Program-made: the position numbers and the translations under genes | In this document: one piece after another, positions 19,229 through 29,622 of the stretch | Layout of the letters: each line of letters opens with the position of its first letter | How positions within the stretch are numbered: the first letter of the stretch is position 1 | Notes under the pieces: generated by a model | What the model was told of the DNA's origin: nothing | What the model saw: only the letters and a program-made list of their open reading frames with translations | The model's database searches: none | Origin: Coleofasciculus sp. B1-GNL1-01 | GTDB lineage: Bacteria; Cyanobacteriota; Cyanobacteriia; Cyanobacteriales; Coleofasciculaceae | Reading direction: 5' to 3' (one strand) | Assembly: GCA_040220235.1 (NCBI GenBank) | Contig: JAVJTO010000091.1 | Length of the DNA stretch: 45,744 nt

Positions 19229-19291
19229 AATTGATGTAGGCGGGTCGCCCCTACAGACCGTCCTAACGAATAATCAATACATTTACCCAAA

Positions 19292-20092
19292 ATGCTGACC
19301 CAATCTTCTCAACCCCTACGCCAATATCTCATTCTTTCCCTAATTGCCCTCCTCTGTATCGTCGCCGTGGGGGGGTTGCAAATTCCCCAACTCAATCAAC
19401 TCCAAGGCAAAGGCGAAACTCCTTCTTCCATAGAACTGCAACGCCAAATCGAAGCCGAAAAGGTACGCCTAAATCTCCTCCAGAAAGTACCAACATTCGG
19501 ATTTGATAACCTACTAGCCGATTGGGTTTTTCTCAATTTCCTGCAATACTTTGGTGATGATCAAGCTCGTGATGTCACCGGCTATCAACTGAGTCCCGAA
19601 TATTTTGAAGTGATTCTAGCCCGTGACCCCCGCTTTTTAGACGCCTATTTTTTCCTTTCAGGTAGCACGTCCCTCTATGCGGGCATGCCAGATCGGTCGG
19701 TAGAACTAATGGAAGAGGGACTCCAGCAGCTTTCCCCCCAAGTTCCCTCCAAATCCTATTACATCTGGCGCTATAAGGCAATTGACGAACTGTTATTCCT
19801 GGGTGACGCCCAAGCCGCCCGCCAATCCTTTGAGAAAGCCGCAGAATGGGCAAGCACTTATGAAGATGAAGAAAGTCAATATATTGCCTCAATTTCCCGC
19901 CAAACCGCCCAGTTTCTTGCCCGCAATCCCTCAAGCAAATCAGCCCAAGTCAGTGCTTGGTCAATGGTGCTACAAAACGCCATGGACGATCGCACTCGTC
20001 AACGTGCCATTAATCAGATTGAAGCACTCGGCGGCAAAGTAGTCATCACCCCAGAAGGTGCTGTGAAAATTCAACTCCCACAGAGCGATTAA
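19292..20092 (+). CDS. Conserved membrane-anchored TPR-like protein, probably pilus-locus accessory
   Basis: N-terminal TM; FGFDNLLADW.FL.FLQYFGD and DPRF..AY pattern recalled from pilin-cluster accessory proteins (family not verified). Confidence 0.6.
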   Translation: MLTQSSQPLRQYLILSLIALLCIVAVGGLQIPQLNQLQGKGETPSSIELQRQIEAEKVRLNLLQKVPTFGFDNLLADWVFLNFLQYFGDDQARDVTGYQLSPEYFEVILARDPRFLDAYFFLSGSTSLYAGMPDRSVELMEEGLQQLSPQVPSKSYYIWRYKAIDELLFLGDAQAARQSFEKAAEWASTYEDEESQYIASISRQTAQFLARNPSSKSAQVSAWSMVLQNAMDDRTRQRAINQIEALGGKVVITPEGAVKIQLPQSD

Positions 20093-20544
20093 AAAAAACT
20101 GCTGACGATCTGTTGTGCGATTATGCCTAACCCATAGCCCATCAGGGAGAAGACGACCAAAACACTGAAAGCTTTCCATTCGCCGAAGTTGGCAACTTGC
20201 AAATCTAACCGCACTAACGCCCCGGCTGATAGCAGCACCAGAATCCGGACAAAAACGTGTATCCAGCAGAGAATCAGCACGGCTAAAAAAGCGCCCACAA
20301 TTACGGAAATAAAGGCACGAGTATCTGACTTGAGCCAACTGCTATAAACGCTCTGAATCAGCGTCAGCGGGGCAGTTAGGGATAGATCGATAAACACGAT
20401 ATATATTGCCCCCATCAGCCACAACAGCCAAGGTCTATCCGCATCTGCGATTAACTCAGAAGCCGCGATCAACCAGCCAAAAACGCAATGGGTGGCGAAC
20501 AAGATCGATAAGGAAGTCCAAGGCAGTTTTTTGACAAACAACAT
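20089..20544 (-). CDS. Hypothetical integral membrane protein
   Basis: 151 aa with several hydrophobic segments. Confidence 0.7.
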   Translation of the reverse strand: MLFVKKLPWTSLSILFATHCVFGWLIAASELIADADRPWLLWLMGAIYIVFIDLSLTAPLTLIQSVYSSWLKSDTRAFISVIVGAFLAVLILCWIHVFVRILVLLSAGALVRLDLQVANFGEWKAFSVLVVFSLMGYGLGIIAQQIVSSFF

Positions 20545-20913
20545 AGCCTAGGTTGGTGTAATACATCTCGCCTCACAAGCAAACATCACAAATGGCTACG
20601 ATCAAGTTCACAACCAATCACTGATCGAGATCGCAATCCTCAGGCGGATTAATTTTGCATACTAGCTAATGACTGAACTCTAGCCGAGTCATCAATAGGG
20701 AACACACAAATAGCCGACAGATTCTCCCCATAGAGACTGTCGGTTTTTTATACTTGATCATCAAGGATTTGTCAATAACTCATTGAGGATTGGTGAGATG
20801 AGGCGGTGATTGGGAAAATTGAGAATCTCTCTTATGAGCAAAATGCTTCCCCATCCCGAATCCCGAATCACCAATCCAAAGGTGACCTGATGACCAAGTA
20901 ATGGTGTCTCAAG

Positions 20914-21399
20914 TCAGGACATCGATTGAATGATGTAATCAAAATAAGGAGCCGCTTCCATGGCATCTTCCTGACTCAGCAACTCCAAGGAGGCATTTTT
21001 GAGGCAACGAATCGATTCAACCATTCCGGCGACGGGGACGCCAAGAGAGTTATACATCTCCTTGACCCCAATCAAACCAATTTTTTCAATCGGTTCCTTG
21101 CCTCCAGCCAGAACACCATAGGTAATCAATCGCAAATACCAGCCATAGTCCCGTAGGCATAGCGATCGCTGGCGTTCCCCATAAGCATTGCCTCCTGGTG
21201 AGATAAAGTCAGGACGCTTTTGCCATAGCTGCTTACTGGCTTCCTGGACAATCTTCTTTTCATTTTCTGCTAGGGTGGAAGCGATACGCATCCGTTGCTC
21301 ACCCGTCTGCAAAAAGGCTTTAATACCCATCAGTTCACCGGAGCTGGGATACCGCAGCTCGTCGTCGGCTTGGAGGATAACTTGGCTAACTACGCTCAT
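20914..21399 (-). CDS. apcD: Allophycocyanin-B alpha subunit
   Basis: [34 protein letters not shown] and [10 protein letters not shown]. Confidence 0.95.
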   Translation of the reverse strand: MSVVSQVILQADDELRYPSSGELMGIKAFLQTGEQRMRIASTLAENEKKIVQEASKQLWQKRPDFISPGGNAYGERQRSLCLRDYGWYLRLITYGVLAGGKEPIEKIGLIGVKEMYNSLGVPVAGMVESIRCLKNASLELLSQEDAMEAAPYFDYIIQSMS

Positions 21400-21710
21400 C
21401 TTATTGGGTTAACTTAGATAACATTTGTAGTTTAGCGACTCTAGACCCCACAAATAAAGTCAGTCGAGCGAAAAGTTTTCGGTTGAGACGCAGTGCGGAG
21501 GTGTAGGGGTGCGGAGGTACTCCAGGTGCAGTAACCAAAGTTAGCAGTCGCAAGAAGTAAAAAGCCAAGTGTAGGGGCGGGTTTAGGGACTAATGCTATT
21601 AAGACCAATAACTGAGCAACAAAACCCGCCCTGGCTTAAGAGTCGATAACCCTTTTGTAACAATTTGGCAATCCCTTTGGTCACTATTCCCACATCTACA
21701 TTTTATTTTT

Positions 21711-23117
21711 ATGGATCACTCTGTCTCCTCGTCCCCTCGTCCCACCGTTCTCCCTGATCAGTGGCAACAAGGTCAACTGGTGGAACTGACAATCGCAGAC
21801 CTGAATGATAGTGGTGATGGTGTCGGACGGTTGGGGAATCGCGTCGTTTTTGTCCCCAATACGGTAACCGGGGATCACGTCCGCGTCAGGCTGGTGCGTG
21901 TCAAACCCAATTACGCGATCGCGAAACTGGATCAACTTCTCGAATCCTCTCCCCATCGCATTCGTCCCCACTGCATCGTGGCAGATAAATGTGGCGGTTG
22001 TCAGTGGCAGCACGTTGATCCCCAGTATCAGCGATCAGTCAAAGAAAATCTGCTAAAGCAAGCCTTAACTCGTATCGGCGGCTTCACTTCAATCGAAATC
22101 GCCCCGATTTTAAGCGCTGAGTCTCCCCTAGCTTACCGGAACAAAGCTACCTATCCGATGCGGCGATCGGCAACGGGTCAAGTTCAAGGTGGGTATTACC
22201 AGAAAGGGACGCATCAGCTAATTAACCTGAATCAATGTCCCGTTCAAGATGATCGCTTAAATCCCCTGTTAGCCCAAATCAAGCAGGATATTCAGCAACA
22301 AGGTTGGTCAATCTACAACGAACGCCGTCATCAAGGGCGATTGCGTCACCTGTCACTGCGGATTGGACGCCGAACCGGGGAAATGCTTTTAACCTTAGTC
22401 ACAACGGATGCCAATTTAACCAATCTGGAAACGCAAGCCCAGACCTGGCTTGATCGCTATCCTAACCTGGTGGGTGTTTGTGTGAATGTGAATCCCAACC
22501 GGACTAATGTTATTTTTGGTGATCAAACCCATTGTGTCCTGGGTCAACCCTATCTGCGGGAAATATTCGCGGATTTAGAGTTTCAATTAAGACCCGATAC
22601 CTTTTTCCAAGTCAACACCGAAGCCGCAGAAGCCTTGTTCAATGTCATGCGGCAAAAGCTGGCACTCCAAGGAACTGAATATCTCGTCGATGCCTATTGT
22701 GGTATTGGTACATTCACCCTACCCTTAGCTAAACAGGTACATCAGGCATTGGGGATCGAAGTGCAAGGGACAGCCGTGGAGCAAGCCCAAATCAATGCCT
22801 ATATTAATGGGATTACCAATGTCAAGTTTGAAACAGGAACTGTGGAAACCGTACTGCCGCAACTGGGGATCACGCCAGATATCGTATTACTTGACCCGCC
22901 ACGCCAGGGCTGCAACCCCCAAGTGATTGAAACCCTTTTGTCAGTTATGCCTCAACGCCTTGTCTACATTAGCTGCAAGCCAGCCACCCTAGCACGGGAT
23001 CTTAAATGCCTTTGTCATCCAGGTGGCTATCAATTAACCCACGTTCAGCCAGCAGACTTCTTTAGCCAAACACCCCATGTTGAGTGCGCGGCTTTCTTGG
23101 AAAAACAGGAGGGATGA
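21711..23117 (+). CDS. rlmD: 23S rRNA (uracil-1939-C5)-methyltransferase
   Basis: TRAM N-terminus, CGGCQWQH, FFQVN, DAYCGIG, LDPPRQG and YISCKPATLARD. Confidence 0.93.
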   Translation: MDHSVSSSPRPTVLPDQWQQGQLVELTIADLNDSGDGVGRLGNRVVFVPNTVTGDHVRVRLVRVKPNYAIAKLDQLLESSPHRIRPHCIVADKCGGCQWQHVDPQYQRSVKENLLKQALTRIGGFTSIEIAPILSAESPLAYRNKATYPMRRSATGQVQGGYYQKGTHQLINLNQCPVQDDRLNPLLAQIKQDIQQQGWSIYNERRHQGRLRHLSLRIGRRTGEMLLTLVTTDANLTNLETQAQTWLDRYPNLVGVCVNVNPNRTNVIFGDQTHCVLGQPYLREIFADLEFQLRPDTFFQVNTEAAEALFNVMRQKLALQGTEYLVDAYCGIGTFTLPLAKQVHQALGIEVQGTAVEQAQINAYINGITNVKFETGTVETVLPQLGITPDIVLLDPPRQGCNPQVIETLLSVMPQRLVYISCKPATLARDLKCLCHPGGYQLTHVQPADFFSQTPHVECAAFLEKQEG

Positions 23118-23122
23118 GGGAG

Positions 23123-23284
23123 TTATCAGTTATCAGTTATCAGTTCAGGAGCTGGGGGAGCTGGGGGAGCTGGGGGAGCTGGGGGAGCTGGGGAAGCTGG
23201 GGAAGTTGACTCGAAATTCTACCTTACCTGTTCACTGTTCACTGTTCACTGTTCACTGTTCACTGTTCCCTGTTCCCTGTTCCC
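23123..23284. repeat. Short tandem repeats (TTATCAG)n, (CTGGGGGAG)n, (TGTTCAC/TGTTCCC)n
   Basis: Directly visible 7- and 9-mer arrays (STRR-like). Confidence 0.9.
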
Positions 23285-23723
23285 TAACGAATGACGAATC
23301 CCCAATTTACCCTCACCTCATTTCAAACAAAGCTCTGGTGTTTAAAGGAGAATTTCGATACAATAGTAGATAAAGTCCATTCTTTAACGAATTCAGAGAA
23401 AAACTACCCCCTAGAGGCAAATTTGACTTATCATACCACAATCTACCAATCAATGGGCAGTAGTTGAAAGTATTCACCACAACCATAAGAAGCTCACCAA
23501 GCTGCTGATGTTCAGAGAAACTCAAGATTGAACATGAGGATTCTACAAAATTCGATCAGCGCATTCAAAGATTAGGGTGCTAGTATACAAAATCTGGACA
23601 AACCTTTATGATAACTCATACCTGAGTGTGGAAAGTCTGGTTTGAGAAAAATGAGATCAAAAAACACGGCAATAGCCCGTGTCATGCATCCAGTCCACCA
23701 ACGAAAAGTTAGGGGTTTTTTAA

Positions 23724-24173
23724 GTGATTGCTGTATCATCTTTGCGCCCAGTTGAACGCAACTGGGGAACAATTAGCTTTGCTTCTACCCTTTACCTATG
23801 CCCAATTCTCGACCTACTTGTCGAGCAAATTCCGCGCAAGTGGCGACCGGAGATCCGACTAGGACTCCAAGAGGCATTGGTCAATGCGGCAAAGCACGGC
23901 AATAATTTAGACCCGAGTAAGACCGTAATGGTTCACTTTTGTGTCATCAATGACGAATATTGGTGGATAATCTCAGATCAAGGTCCTGGCTTTTCTCCGC
24001 CTTGTCGTCAAGGCAATTCGGACGACGGTTTGCCCCATGATGAATCCGAAAATGGTAGAGGGTTATGCCTCCTCTACCAAATTTTCGATCAAGTTCACTG
24101 GAATCCCCAAGGGACTGAACTGCGAGTGTGTAAACACATGAAGAGTAGATCAAGATTACCCTTGATTCCCTAG
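23724..24173 (+). CDS. pmgA: PmgA-like anti-sigma/HATPase protein
   Basis: SFASTLYLCPILDLL, LQEALVNAAKHGN, DQGPGF and GRGL. Confidence 0.8.
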   Translation: MIAVSSLRPVERNWGTISFASTLYLCPILDLLVEQIPRKWRPEIRLGLQEALVNAAKHGNNLDPSKTVMVHFCVINDEYWWIISDQGPGFSPPCRQGNSDDGLPHDESENGRGLCLLYQIFDQVHWNPQGTELRVCKHMKSRSRLPLIP

Positions 24174-24442
24174 CGATCGCGATTTCCATGGGTTGGGCAA
24201 GGGGGGGCTGAGATCGAGTGATCCAGCCATCCTGACGCCTGACGTAACCGAGCTAGCGCTTCATCTGGCTGTTCTTTGAGCAGAAAGACTAAAGCCGCCG
24301 CTGTTTGTTCCTTGGCTCTAGCTGGGCGATTTGACTTGAATCGATGCCAATCTTGGGGCGTAATCGCTAAGCGTTCTGCCAAGGCTTGGGCAAGTTCCAG
24401 GGTACTGGCTTCTTTGAGACTATCAGTTTTTGTCAATTGCAT
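24170..24442 (-). CDS. Conserved cyanobacterial hypothetical protein
   Basis: LAQALAERL.I...DWHR.K.NR..RA.EQ and APPCPTHG pattern. Confidence 0.7.
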   Translation of the reverse strand: MQLTKTDSLKEASTLELAQALAERLAITPQDWHRFKSNRPARAKEQTAAALVFLLKEQPDEALARLRQASGWLDHSISAPPCPTHGNRDR

Positions 24443-24547
24443 CGGTCTAGATATAAATTTGCTAAGCTAATCCCACGGCTGAAGCCCCTGGGGTTTCGTG
24501 TTCGATTGTATCTCTTTTTTCGCCCATCGACTGTTCCCTATTCCTTT

Positions 24548-24916
24548 ATGAGTGCTGATTCTGATCCCAATCAGCAAAATCCAGATGCTGACGAATTTGA
24601 GCAAGCGTTATCTGAGGTCGAGCGATCGCTTTTGGCTCTCAAAGAGCGCTATGCACAAGTCCAACGGGATCAGCAGCGACAAGCCCAGCTTCAGCACCGT
24701 CGCGAGCAAATTAGACAATCCCCACGTCAAATCCGTAACCAACCCGCTTTAAAAGCTGAACTCCGGCAAATTAAAGAGCAGCTTGAAACTATTGAACTCA
24801 ATCTAGAGAGTCGCCTTTTTTCTTGGAGTGCGTTTAAAGAACCCTTTTGGCAAGCCGTTCGCTTTGGCGGACTGGGGATTGCGATCGGCTGGTTGCTCAA
24901 ATCTTGTGCTGGGTGA
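24548..24916 (+). CDS. Hypothetical coiled-coil protein with C-terminal TM (start re-called at ATG 24548)
   Basis: LKERYAQVQ, LESRLFSW and FWQAVRFGGLG. Confidence 0.7.
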   Translation: MSADSDPNQQNPDADEFEQALSEVERSLLALKERYAQVQRDQQRQAQLQHRREQIRQSPRQIRNQPALKAELRQIKEQLETIELNLESRLFSWSAFKEPFWQAVRFGGLGIAIGWLLKSCAG

Positions 24917-25059
24917 GGAGTCGGGGCGGGTTTAGTCTCATCTGGGTACAATCAAAGAGATAGTAGTCAAACCCGCCCCTACATAATCTCCTACACTCCA
25001 ACTCTCACTCCCTTCTCCTTGCACTGACTTTTCACGCCATCTAGAAAAATCGATATCAA

Positions 25060-25460
25060 ACCTAACCCCCCAGCCCCCTTCCCTTATAGATCCCCCTTCC
25101 GTCCCCCTTATAGATCCCCCTCCCGTCCCCCTTATAGATCCCCCTCCCGTCCCCCTTCAAAAGGGGGAAGCCAGATGTCGCTTCGCTTTTTGTTCCATGG
25201 GGGAGACCAAAGGATGCTTCGCATTTTGTTCTATAGCACTACGCACACACGTTAGGACAAAATCAAGAAAAATTAAAATCGCTCAATCCCTTTTCAGGTA
25301 AGCTTTTGTCTTCACTATTGCCTATTGCCTATTGCCTATTGCCTAGCGCGTAGCGCTATATGGGGGAAGCCAGGGGATGCGAGAGCTTTTGTTGCACGGC
25401 AGGGGGAGAATTCAAAGCCTCTCTCCTTGTAGGAGAGAGGTTTGGAGAGAGGTTTTCCAG
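25060..25460. repeat. Nested repeat cluster: C-rich tandem, MITE family A copy (25232-25360), (CTATTGC)n, palindrome
   Basis: (CTTATAGATCCCCCTYCCGTCCCC) about three times; TATAGCACTACG...CGTAGCGCTATA; CCTCTCTCCT-TGT-AGGAGAGAGG. Confidence 0.75.
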
Positions 25461-25780
25461 ATCCCGACCAAAAGTAAGCTCCTTGCCAAGTGATGACCCA
25501 ACCCTTCACAATAGTTAATGAACCGCCGAATCTGTCCATCCCTTTTCTACCCGGATTTCTAGTCGCCGAGCCTGAAAGATTGATCCACGCCAAGGCGGTG
25601 AAACCATCTATCTCCAGCTCATGACAAATTCCCCGCTTATTCGCGAAAATAATTGATTCTATAGTGTTTTAAATTGATCCCTAACTTGATTTCCTATTCA
25701 ACTGACAATAAAAAAAGCTGAATCAATTGTCCAGAAATGGGCAGATGAGGTAGGACTGATTTGGGTAAACTGTCAAAATT

Positions 25781-27172
25781 ATGCAAAAGAAACCGATCGC
25801 ACAACTTTTACGCACGGGTCAGCCGGATGAAACCGTAACCATTCAGGGCTGGGTACGCACGAAACGAGAACTTAAAGAGTTTGCCTTTATGGAGGTGAAT
25901 GATGGCTCCTGCTTGGCAAATTTGCAAGTCATCCTGAATCCCGACGTACCCGATTATCAAACGATTCTCCAACAGGTCAACACTGGGGCGTCTGTAGAAG
26001 TTGCTGGCGTATTGGTGCCGTCTCCGGGAAAAGGACAACGGATTGAGTTGAGGGCAAATTCGGTGCAGGTGTATGGGGAAGCCGATCCCGCCACTTATCC
26101 GCTCCAGAAAAAACGCCATTCCTTTGAGTTTTTGCGAACCATTGGGCATCTGCGATCGCGTACCAATACAATCGGTGCTGTGTTACGGGTGCGTAATGCT
26201 TGTGCTAATGCTATCCACCAATTCTTTCAGGAACGGGGGTTTTTGTGGATTCACAGCCCGATTATCACCGCCAGCGATTGTGAAGGGGCGGGAGAACTGT
26301 TTACGGTAACCAATCTCAACCTCAACGAGATTCCCAAAACCGAAGATCAATTGGTGGACTTTAGTCAAGACTTCTTTGGACGCCAAGCCTACCTCACCGT
26401 CAGTGGGCAACTGCAAGCCGAGGTGATGGCGATGACATTTGGCAATGTGTATACCTTTGGTCCGACATTCCGGGCGGAAAATTCCAATACATCCCGCCAT
26501 TTAGCCGAGTTTTGGATGGTGGAACCGGAAATGGCGTTCTGCGATTTACAGGGCGATATGGACTTGGCGGAAGAGTTTCTCAAGTATGTATTCTCCTCGG
26601 TACTTGAGAACTGTCCTGAAGACATGGAATTTTTCAATAAGCGGATTGATAATAGCGTTCTGGCAACGGCGGAAAATATTATCAACAATCAGTTTGAGCG
26701 GATTACCTATACTGATGCGATCGCGCAATTAGAAAAAGCTGATCGAAAATTTGAGTATCCCGTTGAGTGGGGGGCAGATTTACAGTCGGAACATGAACGC
26801 TATTTGGCAGAGGAACTATTTCAGAAACCGGTTATAGTCAGCGATTACCCCATAGGGATCAAGGCATTCTATATGCGTTTGAACGAGGACGGCAAAACTG
26901 TTGCCGCCATGGATGTACTAGCGCCGAAGATTGGGGAAATTATCGGCGGTTCCCAACGGGAGGAACGCCTCGATGTTCTCCAGCAGCGCATCCAGAATCA
27001 GGGAATGAATCCAGAGGAGTTTTGGTGGTATCTAGACTTGCGGCGCTATGGTACTGTTGCCCATGCAGGGTTTGGTTTAGGATTTGAGCGATTGGTGCAG
27101 TTTATGACGGGGATGGGAAATATACGAGACGTGATTCCCTTCCCCCGCACACCCTTGAGTGCCGAATTTTAA
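25781..27172 (+). CDS. asnS: Asparagine--tRNA ligase
   Basis: [32 protein letters not shown] and GFGLGFERL. Confidence 0.97.
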   Translation: MQKKPIAQLLRTGQPDETVTIQGWVRTKRELKEFAFMEVNDGSCLANLQVILNPDVPDYQTILQQVNTGASVEVAGVLVPSPGKGQRIELRANSVQVYGEADPATYPLQKKRHSFEFLRTIGHLRSRTNTIGAVLRVRNACANAIHQFFQERGFLWIHSPIITASDCEGAGELFTVTNLNLNEIPKTEDQLVDFSQDFFGRQAYLTVSGQLQAEVMAMTFGNVYTFGPTFRAENSNTSRHLAEFWMVEPEMAFCDLQGDMDLAEEFLKYVFSSVLENCPEDMEFFNKRIDNSVLATAENIINNQFERITYTDAIAQLEKADRKFEYPVEWGADLQSEHERYLAEELFQKPVIVSDYPIGIKAFYMRLNEDGKTVAAMDVLAPKIGEIIGGSQREERLDVLQQRIQNQGMNPEEFWWYLDLRRYGTVAHAGFGLGFERLVQFMTGMGNIRDVIPFPRTPLSAEF

Positions 27173-27897
27173 GTTGAGTGACATCTCCTAGATCTTGCGC
27201 CGATAACATACACTTCCTAACGACCATCGATGAGGGTCAAGCCGCGATCGCGACTTGACCTGATATTTGATAACTTACAAGCGATAGTTTAAAGCCCTAG
27301 CGCGATTATAATCCTTGCCAGTTGGGTGTTTTACTGAAAAACAATTCAGTGATTGAATTCGCGATCGCCCTCGGATTTTTCATCGATTATCGCTTTGCAG
27401 TAATATTCCCCGGTGACAGCAGTCTAGACGCGACGAAACAACGCAATAACAACATTTTCAGCCTTTTCAGACCAGCTTCATACCAGGGAACCGCGTCCCT
27501 TGGTTTATCGCTTTGAGATTATTTAGATTTATAAGTTTTGCTTGGGTGTAATTCCCGCGATCGCGGTTATTCTCGATAATCAGTTCTTATGTCACTGTGA
27601 CAACAATTATGCTGGTGTCAGTCAGACCGATACTTTGTCTACTTACTGCTTTTTAGTTTTTTAAAACCAGTTTTTAAAAGGCGATCGGCAGTTGGGTGAA
27701 ATTCTGGTCATTCCGCCGGAATTGGCTCGGCAAAGAGCGAATTTTTTTTATTACACTACGTCATATATTGGAATCGTAATAGAAAATTTTCCCGCTCCTA
27801 TTTTCCACCTCACCGGAAAAATTACTTGATAGTAGTTCCTAACTGCTCACAGTGAAAGTTGAGCTTGTTGACAGGTGACGCCTCCCCATAAATAGCA

Positions 27898-29145
27898 TTA
27901 GTATCGAACCCACATAGTAAAACTAATTTGACGATTACTGGACATTAAACTACTACTAGAATTGCCACCTATATTATCACGATAAAAACCTCTTTTACCG
28001 TTAGGTAGTTCTATAACTATTTCATAAGGAAGAGTGGACAAAATTGAATTATTAATCTGCAAATCAACATAAGTACCACTAGAAGTACATCTTGGTGTCA
28101 TCTCTAATTTCCAAATATTTAAGGGCTGATCATTACAATTTATCGTCACCTTCCTAGTCGGGGAAGTTGAATATTTTTTTGCAAAAATTTTTTTATCTTC
28201 TTGCTTAGCACCAGAAATTTCAATTGAACCACCAGGATTAATCAGCTCTATAGAGCCTTTCTCAGATATAACTTCATACCAATCATTACTATAATTATTC
28301 GCCAAAATACCAAGACTAACACCCGAAATATTATGTTTATGACCTAAAATATGACTAATACATCTTAAAGTTAACTCCAAATCAACATAGTTAACCACCA
28401 AATCTTTTGAATAATTTGAACAATCAAACGAAACTTCGTCAAAACCCGAAATTGATTTTTCTGAGCTTGTTGTACTATCTGAATTACTTCCAGATTTAGA
28501 AGAAGAGTTCAACAGCTCCCTAATTAGAGATGGTTCACCAATGTCGCCACTCCCCAATTTACTAATCATAAAATTTTTAAACTGCTGGGCGCGTTTAAGA
28601 TCAGTGAATGATGCCACTATGATCATGTCTTTATTAACTTTTTCTCGAAACACTTTTCGAGAATCTTCACAAAAATTACTCCTCACTGTATTAAGTAGAT
28701 TTTCACTATAATCAACATATACAGGGTAAAAACTGACAGGATAATCGTTTGGGTTATCCGGTTGCTGATCACCGCAAGAATCCTGCGGAAATAAAGCACT
28801 TTCAAAGGGGTTTGAAGACACTGAGGGGGATGCTGGCACAGCAGCCGGATCGGTGGTAGACATCGAAGAATCTTTACTTGATGGTTTGATATCAGGCTCA
28901 GAATACTTTTGTGTTGCCGAGTTGATTTTACTTATGACTTTTTCACTAATCAACTTAGTACCATGCCCTAGACCATAAATAAATATAGAAATTAAGATTA
29001 AATTGAAGATTACAATCCCCCAATCACCAGCAGCAATATGTACCCTTATATATTTAATGTAGTCACGACCAATTTGGAATAAGTCTTTACCAGCGCTTCC
29101 AGTTTGAGAAATATTGTTAGTTTCTCTATCTTCTTGATGAGACAT
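27898..29145 (-). CDS. Hypothetical single-TM protein (AT-rich) with a Cys-containing, possibly SPOR-like, extracytoplasmic domain
   Basis: N-terminal Q-x3-AGKD-x2-QIGRDY motif, TM, Ser/Pro linker, FPQDSCGD...VASF....A..F. Confidence 0.65.
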   Translation of the reverse strand: MSHQEDRETNNISQTGSAGKDLFQIGRDYIKYIRVHIAAGDWGIVIFNLILISIFIYGLGHGTKLISEKVISKINSATQKYSEPDIKPSSKDSSMSTTDPAAVPASPSVSSNPFESALFPQDSCGDQQPDNPNDYPVSFYPVYVDYSENLLNTVRSNFCEDSRKVFREKVNKDMIIVASFTDLKRAQQFKNFMISKLGSGDIGEPSLIRELLNSSSKSGSNSDSTTSSEKSISGFDEVSFDCSNYSKDLVVNYVDLELTLRCISHILGHKHNISGVSLGILANNYSNDWYEVISEKGSIELINPGGSIEISGAKQEDKKIFAKKYSTSPTRKVTINCNDQPLNIWKLEMTPRCTSSGTYVDLQINNSILSTLPYEIVIELPNGKRGFYRDNIGGNSSSSLMSSNRQISFTMWVRY

Positions 29146-29238
29146 TTTTATTAGTTAACCTATCGATAGATCAAGCTTTCATATTCCCTAAATTCTCCAA
29201 TACTGTGGGAGCTACTGAAATTCAAGTCAGGGAGTTTG

Positions 29239-29481
29239 TTATGGCTGCGGCGACTCCAACTGGGGAGATGACTGTGGCGGCTCCAACTGGGGAGTTTGTC
29301 CACCATGATTCATTCCAAAAACTACAGCTCCGGCTATCCCTCCAAGAGCTAAAATCCCAATGAGGGGAAGCAAAATATTGTAACTATTATGGCTCCTATA
29401 ATCTCCAGCAATTTGCGTAGCATTTCTACCAGCTTCTGCCTTTTGTGTTGTAATTTGTTTGTTAGGCTCTTTTTGAGTCAT
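29239..29481 (-). CDS. Small single-TM protein
   Basis: N-terminal Q-x3-AGRN-x2-QIAGDY motif, TM, PQLE repeat tail. Confidence 0.6.
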   Translation of the reverse strand: MTQKEPNKQITTQKAEAGRNATQIAGDYRSHNSYNILLPLIGILALGGIAGAVVFGMNHGGQTPQLEPPQSSPQLESPQP

Positions 29482-29622
29482 GATTTTATTTGAGAGAGAA
29501 ATTTTGAGAGTATTTCGTTGTCTTGTCAGCTAGGCTGTAAGTAGTTGAACATGAATTGAGTTAACAGTGTCAATTTGAATGGCACTGACATAAGGAATAA
29601 ATTGGTATACTAAACTATGATT

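Noticed and set aside
23077..23373. ORF with ELGELG/VHCSLF repeats; similar ORFs at 33084, 37867, 37947, 42055, 42075 and 42979
   Set aside because: Translations of short tandem or palindromic repeats, not credible proteins.
25808..26728. Several antisense or alternate-frame ORFs in asnS (likewise in suf, pilA, apcD and the SPFH gene)
   Set aside because: Shadow ORFs of conserved genes with no recognisable motifs.
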